A DNA stretch of 64,000 bases from Monocercomonoides exilis PA203 (Eukaryota; Protista; Preaxostyla): contig LSRY02000003.1 of assembly GCA_001643675.2 (NCBI GenBank), forward strand, positions 310,001 through 374,000. The letters are read 5' to 3'. Both the position numbers and the translations under genes were made by a program. Below are positions 62,243 to 64,000 of this stretch, piece after piece. The stretch's first letter is position 1, and the number at the start of each line of letters is the position of its first letter. The notes under the pieces are model-generated. The model searched no databases. It worked only from the letters and a program-made list of their open reading frames with translations, and was not told the DNA's origin.

Positions 62243-64000
62243 ATGGGTACTTCTCTGAAATTCGAATTCAATTTGAATCGTGACAACGTTACAACATCTT
62301 TTCAGAGTAATTTGATATTTTGGAAAATAATGTTGCAAAGTAATTTTTCATCGTGGGACTTGTCAATTTCGTCTTGTTCAGGCATCCCAATTGATTCTTT
62401 TCATCTGACTTGTTACTGTCAAGATGCGAAAAGAATGGTTAATACAGAAGAGATGTCACAGCAAAAATATTGTGTATCGCCATTTTTGCTTCATTTTGGA
62501 TCTATAAGTTCTGTTTCATCCGTTTTTCAATCGATTTTAATCTCAAACCAATCACAAAATTCCCCAATTTGTGTGAGTGTAAAATTTGAAAAACAACAAA
62601 TCAAATCAGTTGAAAGTGAATTTTATCCTTTACTAAATTTATCGAGTCCTCATTTAATTCTTCACGAGAAAGATGTGCAAATCAATAAAAAAGAACAAAT
62701 ACAAGAAAGCGAAATGATAAGTTGCTTTCATCATATTACAAATGATATTGTTACACAATATTTTAGGCAAATGGATGAAAATATATTGGATTCTCCAAAT
62801 GAGGAACGAAAGGCTTTGCAAAATGAATCACATATGGAAGAAGAGACATTTCGAGATTCAATTTCTTCGCTTTCTACACAATTTTCAAAGCTTCTTGATG
62901 AATCTTCGTTTTGTTTTTCTTTTGGAAACGAACATGAAACCGATAAAAGTTATTCAGGTTATCAAAAATCAGGGTTAATTGTCATCAAACCATCTTCAAC
63001 CTTAAATTTGGACATATATTTTGAGCCAAACATCGATCTTCCGCTGTCACAAGAAGGAGCGCCATATCTTATAACTTCTCTTTTATCTATATCTGTTTTC
63101 ACGCCTTTTGGAAATGATGAGGAAAGAGAACTTAGCAAATCTGACAAGTCTCATTTAATGGATTCGTACTATTCGCCTGTTCTTTTTCATCTGCTTCCGC
63201 TGAGTGGATTTGTTTCTCGATCTATTTTACGACTTCCCCTTTGTTTGAAGCATCTTTTACACATTGGCAAAACCGGATTCTATGCATCAAAATATGCCAA
63301 AAGTACAGAAAAAGCAACAATTCCTGAAAATATTGAAGAAAATGGTGAAGCAACAGACGAAGTTGGAGTGTTTGTTGGAGTTGAACAAATAATTCCGTTG
63401 CTCAATACCTCCACTTCAAAACGCATTTCTTCAAAAATTGAATGTACATCTTCGATTTCTTCTTTAACTCTCAAAGATTCCGAAAGAAATGGAAGTGAAA
63501 AGATTTGCATTCCTTCTCTAAGTTTTTCTGATAATTCAAAAAACAAATCGCTCTCTTTACAAGCTCAAACAAATCTCTTTAATCAGACTTGCGCGATTAT
63601 TCCTTCTGCACTTTCTGAATTATGTGTCCAATCACCTTCGTTTCTCCGCCATCTTCGAGAGAATAGCTCAATCATCAGCACAAGTGAATCTCTCCTCGAG
63701 CTTGAGCCAGGCAACTCAACAAATATCCATCTCCAATTCATTCCTCCTTCACCATCGAAGATTCATTCTATTATCGATCCGCTTGCTGACGCTGTTTGCG
63801 CAAAGAAAGAGATTGGCTCGCCACCTATTGTATCTTCACTGATGGGGAATGCATCACAAAAACTGATCCAGAAAATGAGGCATGGCACAGGCTTATTGCC
63901 GAATGATGTTTGTATCACAATAAAAGGACAGCTGACTCTGAAACCGCTTGATGAATATGAAACCGATTATGAAGAAAAGCCAATGGAAGAGAAAAGAGGG
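62243..64000 (+). CDS. Hypothetical protein, open to the window end (not in the ORF track because no stop codon is reached)
   Basis: ATG at 62243 (MGTSLKFEFNLNRD...). The same frame was open wherever I read it, ending ...TDYEEKPMEEKRG at 64000. No domain recognised. Confidence 0.7.
   Translation, partial: MGTSLKFEFNLNRDNVTTSFQSNLIFWKIMLQSNFSSWDLSISSCSGIPIDSFHLTCYCQDAKRMVNTEEMSQQKYCVSPFLLHFGSISSVSSVFQSILISNQSQNSPICVSVKFEKQQIKSVESEFYPLLNLSSPHLILHEKDVQINKKEQIQESEMISCFHHITNDIVTQYFRQMDENILDSPNEERKALQNESHMEEETFRDSISSLSTQFSKLLDESSFCFSFGNEHETDKSYSGYQKSGLIVIKPSSTLNLDIYFEPNIDLPLSQEGAPYLITSLLSISVFTPFGNDEERELSKSDKSHLMDSYYSPVLFHLLPLSGFVSRSILRLPLCLKHLLHIGKTGFYASKYAKSTEKATIPENIEENGEATDEVGVFVGVEQIIPLLNTSTSKRISSKIECTSSISSLTLKDSERNGSEKICIPSLSFSDNSKNKSLSLQAQTNLFNQTCAIIPSALSELCVQSPSFLRHLRENSSIISTSESLLELEPGNSTNIHLQFIPPSPSKIHSIIDPLADAVCAKKEIGSPPIVSSLMGNASQKLIQKMRHGTGLLPNDVCITIKGQLTLKPLDEYETDYEEKPMEEKRG

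Overview
AT-rich eukaryotic DNA with short GT-AG introns and the standard genetic code. The gene families and composition resemble the oxymonad Monocercomonoides (inference, not a database result). The left 26 kb is a pile-up of transposable elements. Its centre is a 12.2-kb DNA transposon (13140-25324) with 19-bp perfect TIRs and an AAAT target-site duplication. Its Sola2-like DDE/D transposase has a ubiquitin-specific-protease (USP/C19) domain inserted into the N-terminal region, and a ~210-nt multi-branched structured element lies just downstream of the gene. The left part also holds a 3.1-kb Pack-MULE-like element (4295-7434, ~160-bp TIRs, 8-bp TSD) carrying a captured surface-protein gene fragment, several MITE and foldback families, and pseudogene debris. 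The right part holds host genes: a MYND-finger protein, a dolichyl-diphosphatase (PAP2), a ~5,500-aa Ser-inflated HPS3-like (BLOC-2) protein, a 3016-aa Cys/Gly-rich membrane protein with a degenerate kinase tail, a nested MITE, a 1.5-kb (TAT)n/(CAT)n microsatellite, and an ORF that runs off the window end.
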